A stretch of 64,000 nucleotides of DNA from Eledone cirrhosa (lineage: Eukaryota): NCBI GenBank assembly GCA_964016885.1, contig OZ024740.1:173910001-173974000 (forward strand). Direction: 5' to 3'. Under the pieces are notes generated by a model, which was not told where the DNA came from, did not search any database, and saw only the letters and a program-made list of their open reading frames with translations. The position numbers and the translations under genes are program-made. Of this stretch, positions 25,255-40,666 are shown in pieces (the first letter of the stretch is position 1; every line of letters begins with the position of its first letter).

Positions 25255-27470
25255 ATGGAGGTCTTATTTTGTTCCTCCTCGACCAGATCCAGCTGGAACT
25301 CTTCTCCGCTGCATCCTATATTGCCTTTAGGGCTTTGGTTCTGTTCTTCCCAGATATTGAAAGTTGTTTCATGAGACTGTTGTCAGAATTTCCCTCAAAG
25401 CCTCTGGCTCCAATGTCTATGGCAAACATTTTACGCGGATGTTGGCTTCCTTTAGGCTGTTGGCCAAACTGGCGCGTTTTTGGTCTTGAACACATGTGCT
25501 TCTTCTATTCTACTTTCGAATGGTACGGTGAGTTCAACCAAAATCGTCTGTTTTGTTTAATTGGAATGGAGTACGGTATCCGACCTCAAGCCACGCTTCC
25601 TGATGATTTCTGGTTGTTTTGACGATACTGGGAGGACTTTTGTGCACTCTCAGTCATTTGCACCACCTAGAAGACTCCACCCCCGTGTTCTGTATGACAT
25701 ACCTGTTCTTGATCATGATTTGCTCCCTCCTGCCGTGTAGAATGTTATTGGAGACTCTGGTGCTACGGGTTTTACTTTTGCCGTACTTATCATATGCACG
25801 ATCTCCTTAAGCGTTTGATTGAACCTCCATGTGTATCATTCTTGGGATAGTGCTACTCTGCATGAGCTCAGAACGTGTTCCAACGTTTATCTACCCTGGC
25901 AGAGTAGACACTCAGGGTTATCTAATTTTCCCCACTTCACTGGGTTTGTATTCGAGTGCAAGAGATCATAGACAGATCTGAAGAGAAAACTGATATTGAG
26001 AGGCACAATATTCCACAAGTCATTCCAACTGAGACACTTCTGAAGTGCATCTTCCCACGTCCTCCAATGGCCCTGTTGGCTATGCTGTACTGTTTTCCGG
26101 AGTCTTCTGGAATCCTCTTCTTTTTTTCACCTCCTATAAAATCAAATCTCTTTATCTTTCCCCTAGCTTCTGACCACCGTTCCAATTTTGTTACGCTCAG
26201 TCATTGCCTTTTAGCCTGAATGTCACCCCCACCCCCAATTTCTCTAATCATAAGGCTTTTGTTTGCTGCATTTACCGCCTATTGAATTTCCCATTTTCTG
26301 CCAGTCTTCAGCTTGAGCCGGATCGACCTCAAGACCTTGCCATTCGCGTTCTCAAGCATTCCCAAGAGCCTTGCTTTTCCGACTTTGTGCTCATCAACGA
26401 TGGATTTGAAATATAGCATCCTCTTGAACTGTCGACAGTAGAGTGCAATATCAGTAAGGCCTGGTGGGACATCAAGTCACTTCTTTGTGTACTTGTCAAT
26501 TTTTGGCCTTCATGGCTTCCACCGTACTAGAGCTGATATCATATAGCAGACGCCAAAGAAGCTTAGGGAACAACATGAACTGCAAACACTAAACCTGAGA
26601 TGCCACATTAATCTATTACCAGCAGACCTTTTCCCACCATTTGCCTGGTTTCAGTTCCCCTTTTCGTATCTTTAAAGGTGTTGTCATACCACCTTCTGAG
26701 GTGTTTGACTGGTTCCACAGTCACTGTGGGGATATTTTGGTTGGCTGCTACTCTCCTCTTCTGCAGAGAGACTTCGTTTCAATATTTTACGTGTTTCATC
26801 CTCCTTCGTGGCAAGAATTGTAGTGTTGTCCATGAAGGCTTTTAGAAGTGGCATTCGAAATCCTTCACCGAGCACTGTTGGCGATGACCAGCCCATTGTC
26901 GCCTTCAGGATAATCTAAATTGCCAATACAAACAGTACAGGGAAGATTGCACAGCCCATTGCTATGCCAACCTCCAAAATAATCTATTGTTGTGTACTCT
27001 TTGGTGAGAATCGCAAAGAGAAACCCCCAAAATACTTTATCAGCGTTTCTCTTATGTTCTTTGGAACACGAAACATATCGAGAGTTAGGTGGATCATCTT
27101 GTGTGGTACCGAACCGTAGGCATTTTCTAGATCAATTCACACTACATCAGAATCTCTCTTTTCTGCTCTAGTTATTTGGATTGCCTCCCAAATCATTGTT
27201 GCATGTTCTACACAACCAGAGACTCCATGAATGCCTCCCTTCCTTGGCGACATATTCAAGTACTTATTCTCTGTGAGGTATCTAGTGAGGTATCTCTGCC
27301 ATAACAAAGAAGAAGGTTTTACTTTCAACGCTTAGAAGTGATATTGGTATGAAGTGATTGATATCGCTTGAATTCTGCTCTTTGGGAATTTACACAACTT
27401 CGATTCTCATCCATTAATCACCGATTTCCTAGTTCTTCCATGCTGACCGTATCATTTTGTGGAGCAAAAG
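25255..27470 (-). mobile_element. Decayed HERO/NeSL-like non-LTR retrotransposon (RT plus restriction-like endonuclease)
   Basis: KGGIHGVSGCVEHATMIWEAIQ, DLENAYGSVPH and LKAFMDN; C-terminal VELTVPFESRIEEAH and AAEKSSSWIW. Confidence 0.8.
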
Positions 27471-27525
27471 TTGATCTCTCTCTCACTCCCCCCCCCTCTC
27501 TCTCTCTCTCTATATATATATATAT

Positions 27526-28270
27526 GATATATTTTCTTTAGGTCGTTTAGGAAGCCTCAATAATGCGGATGGATAATTCTCCGGGTAACAAGATTTGGTG
27601 GTGAAGAGAGAGATGTAAGTGAATGTAGAATGAGATGTATAGTGTGAAGAAGAACGTAGGAAAGAGCGTAAAAATAATAACACGAGATAGAGTTACCTTG
27701 GGAGAGATTTAATTGTCCCTATATATTTCTGATTCACATCCATCAACTGGGTTTTTTTTTCCTGTGGGGTGGGGTGGGTGGGTGGGTTATCTGTCGGAAA
27801 GGTGCGAAACGTGTCCTCCGCTGTTCGTTGTTTTGAATATCTGAGGTATTCAACAGAGCGCGCGCGCACGTGAAATGGGGTCAGTCAAGTTTTTTTTTTT
27901 CATTTCGGCCGCCGACCTCTACTTCACCGACCCCATTTCACGCGCGCGCGTGCTCTGCTGAATACCTCAGATATTAAAAACAACGAACAGCGGAGGACAC
28001 GTTTCGCACCTTTCCGACAGATATTCCCCCCCCACGAAAACCCCCGCCAGTTGATGGATGTGAATCCGAAATATATAGGGACAATTAAATCTCTCCCAAG
28101 GTAACTCTATCTCGTGTTATTATTTTTACGCTCTTTCCTACGTTCTTCTTCACACTATACATCTCATTCTACATTCACTTACATCTCTCTCTTCACCACC
28201 GGATCTTGTTACCCGGAGAATTACCCATCTGCATTGAGCCTTCCAAAACGACCTAAAGAAAATATATCTT
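27526..28270. repeat. Fold-back with ~350-bp imperfect arms between (TA)n tracts (probable PLE terminus)
   Basis: 27526-27885 is the reverse complement of ~27925-28270, with scattered substitutions and indels. Confidence 0.85.
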
Positions 28271-28307
28271 ATTATTCCACAATGCTTCAAGCAAACTTCA
28301 ATACTCT

Positions 28308-29805
<1,498 letters not shown>

Positions 29806-30445
29806 GACATATAAACACATAAAAATATAAAAATACACAAAGGGGAAAATTTAAGGAAACAATCAAAATATGAAAAACCATCAAATAACAAAATTAAAAT
29901 TAAGTAACATAAAATACAAGTAGAGAAAAGTAAAGTATAAGTTATACGTTTGAAAGGTAACAAAACGAAGGTAGGGTTGGGATGGGAGGGGGGCGCGGGG
30001 GAGTGTGTTTAATATTTAATGTCGATTCCGTTGTCATATGGGATCATCGTTCAGGGGGAAGAACTTGTCTATATGACTTGTAAATTGCATAGTTTTTGTG
30101 CATGCAATTCGGGCAGTGTTCTGAGAGTCTATTGAGTAAGGGTCCTTTGGCGAATAGTATTTCGTAACTCTCGGAAATACAAAGGTCACAACAATTATGG
30201 CCTCCTGTGTAAGACCGCGCTCTCTGGAGTAGTTTCCATTTGAGCGTAAAGGGGGTGGAGTTCCTTTTTAGGTCCCAGACATGGGCGGTGAGTGTTGTTT
30301 GGTTGGACTTGTCCGGGCGCCGAAAATAATGGGTGTGTGCGTACCAACGGGTCTTAAAGTTGTTGGAGGTCATCCCGATATACGTCTTTCTCTCTTCATC
30401 AGGGCCTGAGATGACATCACATTTGTATACAATATCGACAACTAC
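29806..30445 (-). mobile_element. Hydra-type PLE 3' fragment (GIY-YIG C-terminus)
   Basis: IVYKCDV...YIGMTSNNFKTRWYAH...CDLCISE...LLNRLSE. An oppositely oriented hammerhead-bearing terminus follows at 30465-30580. Confidence 0.75.
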
Positions 30446-30919
30446 AATCTTCCCATATAAGGAAGTACCCCCTTGACAAGTTCGGCTATTTATTCACCAG
30501 GCTAAAAATTCTAATTTAGTCCAGAAATAGCCGTCTAAACGGCTTGAGCTCTGCCGTCGGGGTCATACTTTTTCCTATATATATATAATTATAAGTTTGA
30601 AGAATAGTAAGACAACATTTATACAATTTTTTCTTCTTAGTCCGTAGAAATCAACTAGATTTTGATCCATCTTCTGTGATGATTACTGACTGGCTACTTA
30701 GACAAAGATAAGCTACAGCTTATATAGATTTTGCGTATAATACATCTAAAGAATCACTGATATAATCTCAGTCTCCTCTGTGTCCCTTTTGAGCTGACTT
30801 TTGGGAGGCTCCCATACAGCTCTGAGTTTTTCATCCTCAGTGTATACTGATTAATGTTCAGAGCCATCCTCAGCATTCTCGTGTAGCACCCATCCACCAT
30901 CTGAGTGAGTTTCTTGGTC

Positions 30920-31105
30920 AGTGGCTTGCCGACGACATAGTTTTGGTGACAAATACAGTGAAGGAGGCGCAGAGGATTTGATGCAGGAGGTTGAGACTGT
31001 GTCGATGAGTGTGGGGCTGAGAATAAATGAGACTAAAACAAAATATCTGGTAGAGAATGTTGAGAAGCCAGAGGGGATCACTAATGTAGGCGGGAAGCCG
31101 CTAGA
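30920..31105 (+). mobile_element. RTE-like RT fragment
   Basis: LADDIVLVTNTVKEAQ...VGLRINETKTKYL. Confidence 0.6.
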
Positions 31106-31119
31106 ATATATATATATAT

Positions 31120-32777
31120 ACTGTATCGGCGCCACCTCTCTATTACGAGAACAGCTCGACTGCTTTCAATCTTTTGTCCAATCTTTCCATCCCGCTCCCA
31201 GCTTCACCGCCTCTGTTTCCAATTCTTCTGTCCCTTTTCTCAACATCTCTCTATCTATCAATCACTCTCACCACACCTTCTCTACTTCCATCTACTATAA
31301 ACCGACCGACCCCCACTCTTACCTTGACTTCACCTCCTCCCATCCAACCCACACCAAACACTCCATACCCTATTCCCGATTCCTCAGTCTTCGTCGGCTG
31401 TGAAGCGAGGAGGACGATTTCGAAACCCATTCCCTTCACATGGCTTCCCGCTTCATCCAGCGTGGAGATCCCTCTACCCTGATCCAACCTGCTCTCATCA
31501 GCGCCCGTGAAACCGACCGTACCACAGCCCGCTCACCTCACCAGCGCCCTCCCAACACCAGCCTTCCTTTCCCTCTCACCTACCACCCTATCACCCTACC
31601 ACTCCGGCGACATATTCTCCGTTCCTTCCGCACCGTCTCTTCTGACCCCGTCACTTCTCGTTTTTTTCCTAACCCACCTATTACCGCATTTAAGCGCGCC
31701 TGTAACCTCCGTGACCTCCTGGTACGTAGTTCCTTCTCCTCCTCTCCACTCTCACAGGCCCTAACGGGTCATACCGTATCCGCTACTCCTTCACCTGCAC
31801 ATCCACCCACGTTGTCTGTGCCCTCTGGTGTTCTCTTTGCGGGTCCTTATACATCGGACCAACGGGACGCCGTATGGGGGACCGTTTTGCTGAACAGTTG
31901 AGGGACATACGACTCGGTATGGATACTCCCGCCGCCCGTCATTTCCGTTCCCCAGGACACTCTTCCCTACATGTCTCAGTCCTGGGTGTCCTTTTACATC
32001 ACGGATCACAGGCCTCGCGCACCAGGACTGAACAGAGTCTGATTTACTGCCTTGGGTCTGTTTCCCTCATGGATTCAACTCCCCTCCCCAATTTCTTTAA
32101 TATTACACCTATACGTTCGTACTTACTTCTCTACCCTTTGCCCCGTCACGTTTACCCCGTCCATTATCACACACGCACTTGTACATTCATCCCTAGATTC
32201 CTATGGCTCTCTTATGGTCAGAAACATATACTCTTACAACTAATACAGACCAACAAATTATACACACTCCACTTTTCCCTTCACAGCTCTGTATACACAC
32301 ATACACACTCTTATATTAACATATTTTGTTCATAGCTTCGTACTAACAAGCACACACACACACACACACTCTTTTACTTACATATACACACAGATATCTT
32401 CTTAGCTTCGTACGGACGTATAATAACACACACACACACATACACACACACGCATGCGTACGCGCACAAAACGTTTTTTTTTCCATTTCAGTTAGACGCG
32501 CTCCATCATCCGATGTTCTAAAAAATATATCATACGCAAAACGCCAGAATGAACAGTTTTCCAAGAGATGTCAACATGAATGGACCAGTAATTTTTATCT
32601 AAAGACATTTTTTCCAATTCCACCTCGCTCGTCCCATCAATGTATTTCTCATTCTTTCTTCTGATGAAGGACTAGTGTCCGAAACTTTAAGACCCTCTTC
32701 CTGCAATTTCTAGTGTTAATCTAATATATTCCTTCCATATACTGTACCGATTGTGTTGTTATTTCTGTTTACCCTTT

Positions 32778-32778
<1 letters not shown>
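31120..32778 (+). mobile_element. Neptune-type Penelope-like element, 5'-truncated
   Basis: YYKPTDPHSYLDFTSSHPTHTKHSIPYS, AFKRACNLRDLLVRS and YIGPTGRRMGDRFAEQLRDIR; hammerhead at 32661-32685; 3' end runs into (CA)n. Confidence 0.88.
32655..32692 (+). ncRNA. Minimal hammerhead motif (copies at 36003-36030 and 47042-47070)
   Basis: CUGAUGA-aGGAC uagu GUCC-GAAAC. The 36003 copy reads CUGACGA...GAAACGUU; the 47042 copy has G12U. Confidence 0.65.
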
Positions 32779-32809
<31 letters not shown>

Positions 32810-33092
32810 GAATATATATACATATGGATTTGTGTGTGCCTCTCGAGATATTCTCACTTGCTATGAAGGAAACAGTCCTTTTTGACCCCAGTATCCCGTG
32901 TTAATTCCTCCCTCCGCCTCTAGAAACTATTTCTTGACGCTACAAACGAGTTAAGAAATAGTCTTTTTTTCTGAAGGGTCTCTTGATAAGCCGTGTCAAC
33001 CTCATAGCGATGATGAATTTTTATAGTGCAGATTGTTGCACACAGAAAAAATTGGTATACTTTTGTCTATTATTTCATCATATTTTGTAATT

Positions 33093-33142
<50 letters not shown>

Positions 33143-33157
33143 TCACACACACACACG

Positions 33158-33188
<31 letters not shown>

Positions 33189-33207
33189 ACACACACACGC
33201 ACGCACG

Positions 33208-33275
<68 letters not shown>

Positions 33276-35087
33276 AACACACACACACACACATATATAT
33301 ATGTGTGTATGTGTATGTGTTTGTATATATTACTACAACAAGCTCTACAGTATGCTGCTCCTCTCTCAGTTATGTACCCAGTTCTTCTAAATAATATAAT
33401 TTCAACGAATCTAGCTTCTGATACTTCTTGCTCTGACCACACTAATAAAATTACTAAGCCCGCATTTACCCCTTCGCAGTTTACATTCATCCATGCCATA
33501 TCATGTGACTGGTATTTAGACAATGTTGCTACGCGGAAAAATGTTTAGCGATTTATTTATTGATCACATGAAATTGTAATTTATTATATTTAATATTGCA
33601 AATTTGTATAAAACTGTGCTCTTATACGGTTTAGTAATGGATCTCTTTGGTGTCAGTCTCCTGGGTTGTGGCTTAGTTGTCCTTAATGGTAATGCCGGTC
33701 CTGCAAATATTGACACAATACTTTCCTTTATTTATTACCAAAACACAAAACAAAATAAAGAAAGGAGATAAAAATTGCCATTTATAATAAATATTCACAG
33801 ATTTGAAGTTTCTTCGCAAGTAATTTAGCATTAATATTATTTACAAACAACAAATGAATTATTTAAAAAAATATCTATTTAGGAGGTACCACAAAAATAC
33901 GCGCTACAACACGCTAAAATAAAATGCTAAAATATCGCGACGGCGCCAAATCTAAAATTTAGGAGTTAAGTGCTTCTAAAGTGTTTGAAATCTAACATGC
34001 TTGTGTGTTAGAACAAGTGAACTGTTGAATAAATCAACCGCATTATGAAAGACAAAGGTGACATCCGTAGGTTTAGAACTCAAAACGAAAAGAACCAGAA
34101 CAAATACCGTATGTTCGATACGCTAGTATTTTTGCTAATACCATACACATGTCATCATAAAATGTAAATCTTAATGAATTGATAAGAATCATGACAGCTT
34201 ACGAAAGCAAAATATATATTTCATTAATTGATAAGAATCATGACAACTTACGAAAGCAAAATGTATAATAATTGTTTTCAATTTCAAATATCGGATCGTT
34301 ATCTCGACATAAATCTTGATAATATTATAAGATGGTGTTATTGAGGCGAAACATACGTCATAACACACGATTAAAAGCAAATAAAAACGGTACTTTGCCT
34401 GCATTTGCTGTCTTTTTGTCAATATTTCTGCTAATCAAAGAAACGCAACACAACAGAACTTAGATATTGTTGCTTAATCAAATTGTCCTCACAACAAAAG
34501 CGGAGACACTTCACACAATTTTTTTATAGACCGATGATTTAACGTTCTTTGGTTGCAGACGTTTGTAATGGGTAGTTGAGAGGAAGAACTGTGACATGTC
34601 TGTTTTCAGGCACCCGAGACTAGTGGGAGAGAACGATAGATAAAGGTATAATCATACCTACGATTTGGCCTGAATGATTGCGTCAGAGTAGAATCTGTTG
34701 AAGACACACAAGGGCCAAGTGATGGTGTTAAACCAGACGACGGTTTAAGTCTACCACTCTACGGCCAGTGAATTCGCGCATATCTTATTATTTTCATCGT
34801 AGGATATACTTACTTTTTTTCTGTTTGGTTTTGCTAGTTCATTTAGTATCCAATTGAGAATATTATAACTGTGATTTATTAGTAGAATTGCTAGAGTATT
34901 ACTACCTATTAGCTTTTTAATTGTTTTTGCATTTAGCTCTGTTCACATATTAATCTAATGCATCGACAATATTTCTTCCTAAAATTTGTTTTGGGCGTTA
35001 TAGTTGTTGTTTATATTCTGTTTGCTCATCCCTTTTCCTTCCGCATCTTCCCCTTTCTTTTCTATGACAAAACAGCAGAATAGAAGA

Positions 35088-35199
<112 letters not shown>

Positions 35200-35574
35200 G
35201 AGAGAGAGATTGCAAGAGTGAAGAAAGGAAAAGACAATTTTTCAAATATGCAACAGGTAATTTGAATTCAAACACACGAAGAAATTGTCACGGAGAGTGT
35301 TTGACGTAGAACAGCAGAACGTAGACAAAAATAACCACAAGAAGATTTCAATGCTATATATGAATAGGTAAAAAAAAAGTGCTGCAACATAATATATAAA
35401 ATATACGAGAAGAAAAAAATGACTTGAACTAAAAAGAATAAGAATAATTGAAAGAAAAAAAAACAAACGTAAGAAAATGAAGGAACACTTGAGACAAAAA
35501 TATTACGGAAGATTGAAAAGAGGCACAAGTAAAGTTGTTCATTTTTAACGAATACCCCCCCTCTCTCTCTAATA

Positions 35575-36115
35575 GGCACACTCCGCTTTTCCCTTCACAG
35601 CTCTGTATACACACACACACACCCTTATACTAACATACTTTTGCTCATAGCTTCGTACTTACAAGCACGCACACACCTTTACTTACATATACACACACCT
35701 ATCCTCTTGACTTCGTACGGACGTATAATAATACAGACACAGAAACATACACACACACATACACACAGACACACACCGCGCACAAGTATAGCTCTTTATA
35801 CAAAACGGTTTCTTTTCCATTTCAGGTAGACGAGCTCCTTCATCCACGTTTCTAAAAAAATATATACTATACACAAAACGTCAGAATCAACAGTTTTCCA
35901 AGATATGTCAACATGAATGGACCTGTTATTTTTATCTAAAGATATTTTTTCCAATTCCACCCCGCCCGCCCCTTCAATCTATCTTACTTCTCATTCTTTC
36001 TTCTGACGAAGGACTAGCGTCCGAAACGTTAATGCCCCCTTCTTGCTATTTCAAGCGTTAACCTAATATATTCCTTCCATATACTGTACCGATTGTGTTG
36101 TTATTTCTGTTTACC

Positions 36116-36119
<4 letters not shown>
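35575..36119 (+). mobile_element. Solo 3' UTR/pLTR of the same Neptune-type family
   Basis: Colinear with 32260-32778 and 46640-47157; ends in (CA)n. Confidence 0.85.
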
Positions 36120-36182
<63 letters not shown>

Positions 36183-36235
36183 ATAGAAAAAAAAAACGAG
36201 ATTTATTGTGTATCAATCTGTTACGCGCGTTTCCC

Positions 36236-36273
<38 letters not shown>

Positions 36274-36620
36274 AAATATAAATACACACAGACACCCGGA
36301 TGTAACAGATGCGCAAACTAAGCACACCACACACACAAAAACAAGATGGCGTAGGACAGAACAAAGGAGAGGCACAAAAACAAAGAAAAGAATCCCCAGT
36401 CACTGAAGAGGTCACAGAATGTGTGACGAAAGAACTTTGACAATATATGAACAACCGTCCGGTTGTGGAACCAACCAACCAACCGGAAATTTATAATAAA
36501 TTGGAGTGAAAGCAACTGGTGCGTGTGTTTCTTATTGGCAACATGACCCTCCCAAAACATAACAATATCGGTTTCAACACACGTTTTCAGATAAAGAATC
36601 TTGCTAAACAAATTCAGAAA

Positions 36621-36676
<56 letters not shown>

Positions 36677-37089
36677 AGAAAGTTCAGTAAATCCAAAGAA
36701 AACTGGTGAGAGAACCAAAGTCAGCACTCAATGCAGAGCAGAGTGTATACAATAAGAACAAAGTGGAGATGTTACATAGGAGATTTATTGCTCAATCCTG
36801 GTTACAAATGTTTCCCAAGTAGCTAGCTCGTAATGTGGAATGGCACCCCCAGACCAGACTCCATGACTGCCTGATCCTTAGACCGATGTTAACACAACAA
36901 AAAACATATCAAATCTGTGGACGAATCAGCAAAAACACAAATAACCATATAGAATGAGCAAACACGAGCCTAGAATTCAACGGACCCACCTATCTCGAGC
37001 ATTACAAGAAAAACCGTTATAAATAAAAACAAAAAAAAAACAAAATGTGTATATATACACGTATATAGTGCAAATTTATACGGGAACAA

Positions 37090-40000
37090 AACAGAAGGCA
37101 GACAAATAAAAGTTTATTAGGTTCACGCTTTTGCGAGTGGGGGGGGGGGGGATGACGACGACGACGTTTCGGGCATAAACCCTTCTTCAGGAGTAAATAA
37201 GTTAGGAAGAGAGTTCAGAGGGTGTGTGGAAATACATTTAGGAAAAAGGGGGAAGGAGAACAAATAAAAATAAAAATAAACGTAAAAATAAACATACGAA
37301 TAAACAATAAGATGGACAAGTGGTGGAAGGGTGTGAGGCGTGTAAGGGTGGTGGCGGGTGGAGTTGGGATAGGGAGGTGGGGGGTCGAAGCGAGGAAGGC
37401 TGAAGGTGGTGTTTGTGTATGTGTGTAGGTGTACGTGAGTGTGTGCGTGTGTATGTGAGAGTTTGAGGAAGAACGAGGTTCCATGTTCAGGAAAAGGTGT
37501 GCGTGGGGTGGGGTGTAAGTCGGTGTGTGTGTGCGTGTGGAAGGAGAGGGGTCAGGGGGTGGGTGAGGTGGCGTGTGGATTCCGGAAGTTGTGTATATGT
37601 GGGGGTATGCACGTGTGTGTTTGTGTTTATATGTGGTGTGGATGTGGGTGGCGTGGTGCGAAAAAAAATGTGTGAGTGTATGTTCGTGGGTAAGGTCCTG
37701 AGGTAGTTCCGTCAGATTTGTGGAGAGGTGCTGGATATGTTTCAAGATATGGAGTGGATTGTTGGAGAGATGACCGAAGGTGTAGAATCCAATGTTGGTG
37801 GTGGTAGGAAGTGAAGGGAAGTGGGGTACGCGCGTAACAGGAAGTGGTCAGAGGGTTAAGACAGGGTGTAGAGATAGCAGTAGAGTGGGATGACAGGTGG
37901 AGTGAGGTGAGGACTGTGTGTATATCTGTGTGTGCGGAGGTGCGGTGGACAGGCGAGGGGATCGGTAGGTATGAAGGGTGGAGGGAGAAGGTGGTGAAGT
38001 GGGGCGATGGGGTGTATATTAGTAGAGGCATTAGTGGGATGTGTGTGCGTGAAGGGGTGTGGGTGGAGCGGGGAGAGGGAGAGAGAAAGAGGGAGAGAGT
38101 GAGAGAGAGGGAGAGAAGAGGTGTTGGGGACGGAGGAGGGAGTGTAGTGTACTGGTGTGTGTGTGCGTGTTTGGATGAGTGTGTGTGTGGTAAAGGGGGT
38201 GTTAGTGGATGTTAGTATTACATGTGGTGGGGAAAGGGTGGAAAGCGGGTGTGTAAGTGGGGGTTAGTGGTGGTTGGGTGTGGAGTGGGTGGTGTACATA
38301 GGTGTGGGTGTGTTGTGTGTGATGGTGTGTGTTAGTGTGGGTGGGGTCGGGGGGAGGTTAGTGATGTTAGTTGTGGAGTGGTCGGAGTGGATGTGTGGGT
38401 GAGGGTTAGTGGTGGTGGTAGGGTGTGTGGATAGTGTGAGTGCATGTATATATGTTCAGGTGGGTGTGTGCGTGTTAGGGGTGGGGTGGGGATGTTAGTA
38501 TAGTTAGTTGGGGGAGGGCCGAGGGGTGGGGTGGTTTTTTTAGTATGTTAGTAGTGGGATGGGCCATGGGGGGGGTGTTAGTGAGGAAAGGGTGGGGGAT
38601 GGGTGGGCGGTCGGGTGGGCGGTCGAAAGCTAAAGGAATAGGGGTGGAGAGTTCAGGCTGGGGGTGTGTGAGTCTGGAGGGTGAAGATGGTGCGTTGTTC
38701 GACCGTGAGGCGGGTTGCGGGTGTTCCATGGCATTGGAGAAGGCCACAGACTGTGAGGTGGTGGGCGGAATGTCCAGGGTAGCGAAAGTGGCGAATATCC
38801 CGGAGGTGTTCCGTGAAACAGTCCGCCAGGCGACGTCCAGTCTGTCCGACGTAGGTTGCGCTGCACTCCGTGCAGCGAAGTCCATAGACTAGGTTGGAGG
38901 AGGTGCAGCGGAAGGCGTGCCGGACAGAGAGAGAGAGTGACCGTTGGGACTATGGAAGGTCGTGGTGTTGGTGATGTGGGGGAAGGTGTGGCAACGGGGC
39001 CTGGAGCAGGGAAGTGAACCGGAGGGGGAGAGAAGAGCGTGGATTGGGGGGTAGGGAGCTATGGACGAGGAGGATGCGGAGATTGCGTGCGCGTTTGAAG
39101 GAGGGGAGGGGAAGATGGGGGAAGTGGAGGGGTTGGACTGGAGGCGTCGGAAGAGGCGGAGGATGGTGCGGTGGAGGGGTAGGGTTGAGGGGTGGTAGGT
39201 GATGGGGAAGGGGAGACGGTGGGTGGGTGGGTGTGCGGTGGCGTGGAGTGAGGGCGGTGGAGCGGTGGGCAGTACGGACGCGAGTGAGGGCGGTGTGAAC
39301 GAGGGAGGGGGGTAACCTCGCCGGATGAAATGGCTGACTAGGGAAAGGGCTGGGGACTCAAAGTCAGCATCTCGGCTGCAGAGGCGGTGGATCCGGAGGA
39401 GTTGGGAGTAGGGAATAGAGTGTTTAGTGTGTGTAGGGCGAATGGAGGTGAAGTCGAGGTAGGAGTGTGAGTCGGTGGGTTTGAAGAAGGCGGAGGTGAC
39501 GAGGGTGCGGTGGGAGGGGTCGATGGTGATGGAGATGTCTAAGAAGTGGACGTGGGTGGTGGAGATACAGGTGGTGAAGTGGAGGGAGGTGTGGAAGGAG
39601 CAGAAGAAGGAGAGAAAGGAGTCGAGCTGTTGTCGGGTGAGGGTCGTGGCTCCGATACAGTCGTCGATGTAACGACCGTATATTTCGGGCGTGGGGCCGG
39701 TGTACTGCACAAAGATTTGGGCCTCAACATGGACAACGAAAAGGTTGGCATAGTTTGGGCCCATTCTTGTGCCCATGGCTACCCCCGTGACCTGTTGGTA
39801 AAACTCACCCGAGAAGGAGAAGCAGTTGAGGGTGAGGACCAGCTCAGCGAGGCGAGGGGGCGAAGGTCGAGGTAGTGCTGGAGGGCACGAAGGCCGTCGG
39901 CGTGGGGGATGACAGTATAGAGGGACTGGATATCTAGGGTGAAGAGGAGGGGATGTGGGCCGGGTGGGAAAGTGAAGGAGTCGAACAGGCGAAGGGCGTG

Positions 40001-40200
40001 GTTGGTGTCGGAGATGTGAGAGGGGAGGGTGGTGACGAGTGGGGCGAGGATGGAGTCAAGAAAGGCGGAGATGAGTTCAGTGGGGCAGTTGCAAGCAGAG
40101 ACGATGGGGCGGTCGGGGTTGTCAGGTTTGTGGAGTTTGGGGAGGAAGGAGATAGTAGGGGTGCAGGAGGTGCGGACGATGCAGACGATGACCTCCTCCC
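37090..40200 (-). mobile_element. Neptune-type Penelope-like element (second family), frameshifted, with a long G/T-skewed 3' UTR
   Basis: FLPKLHKPDNPDRPIVSACNCPTE, TLDIQSLYTVIPH, MGTRMGPNYANLF, RYIDDCIG, CSRPRCHT and YVGQTGRRLAD; hammerhead CUGAAGA-agggUUUAUGccc-GAAACGUC at 37163-37190. Confidence 0.9.
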
Positions 40201-40581
40201 GTTTGACCTGTGGGAAATCCTTTTCTCGCTCACATCTCACCCATGTCGGATGGTCTGTATCTCTCTCCCATGAATTCACCAAGCTTAAGCTTACAGATTT
40301 CATGTGCTTGTCTCTTCCTATCTTTCCGTTGCCATACCATCGTTGTTTGTTTGCATGTCTCACTCGTTTCACCCTATTTTACTTGTCCCAATAACTTTAT
40401 TTGTTATTGCTTGCACCAACTAGAGCTATATGATTTTTAAAGTTGTGTATGTTTTGAGTTGTATGTGTGCATGTGTATATGCTTTGTATATCTGTACATG
40501 TGTATATGCAGTTATTAGATGCAAAATTTTTGGAATGTTTTACATTTTTTTTACTGTTCCATTAATGGATTGTACTTGTAA

Positions 40582-40635
40582 TGTATGTATGTATGTATGT
40601 ATGTATGTATGTATGTATGTATGTATGTATGTATG

Positions 40636-40666
<31 letters not shown>

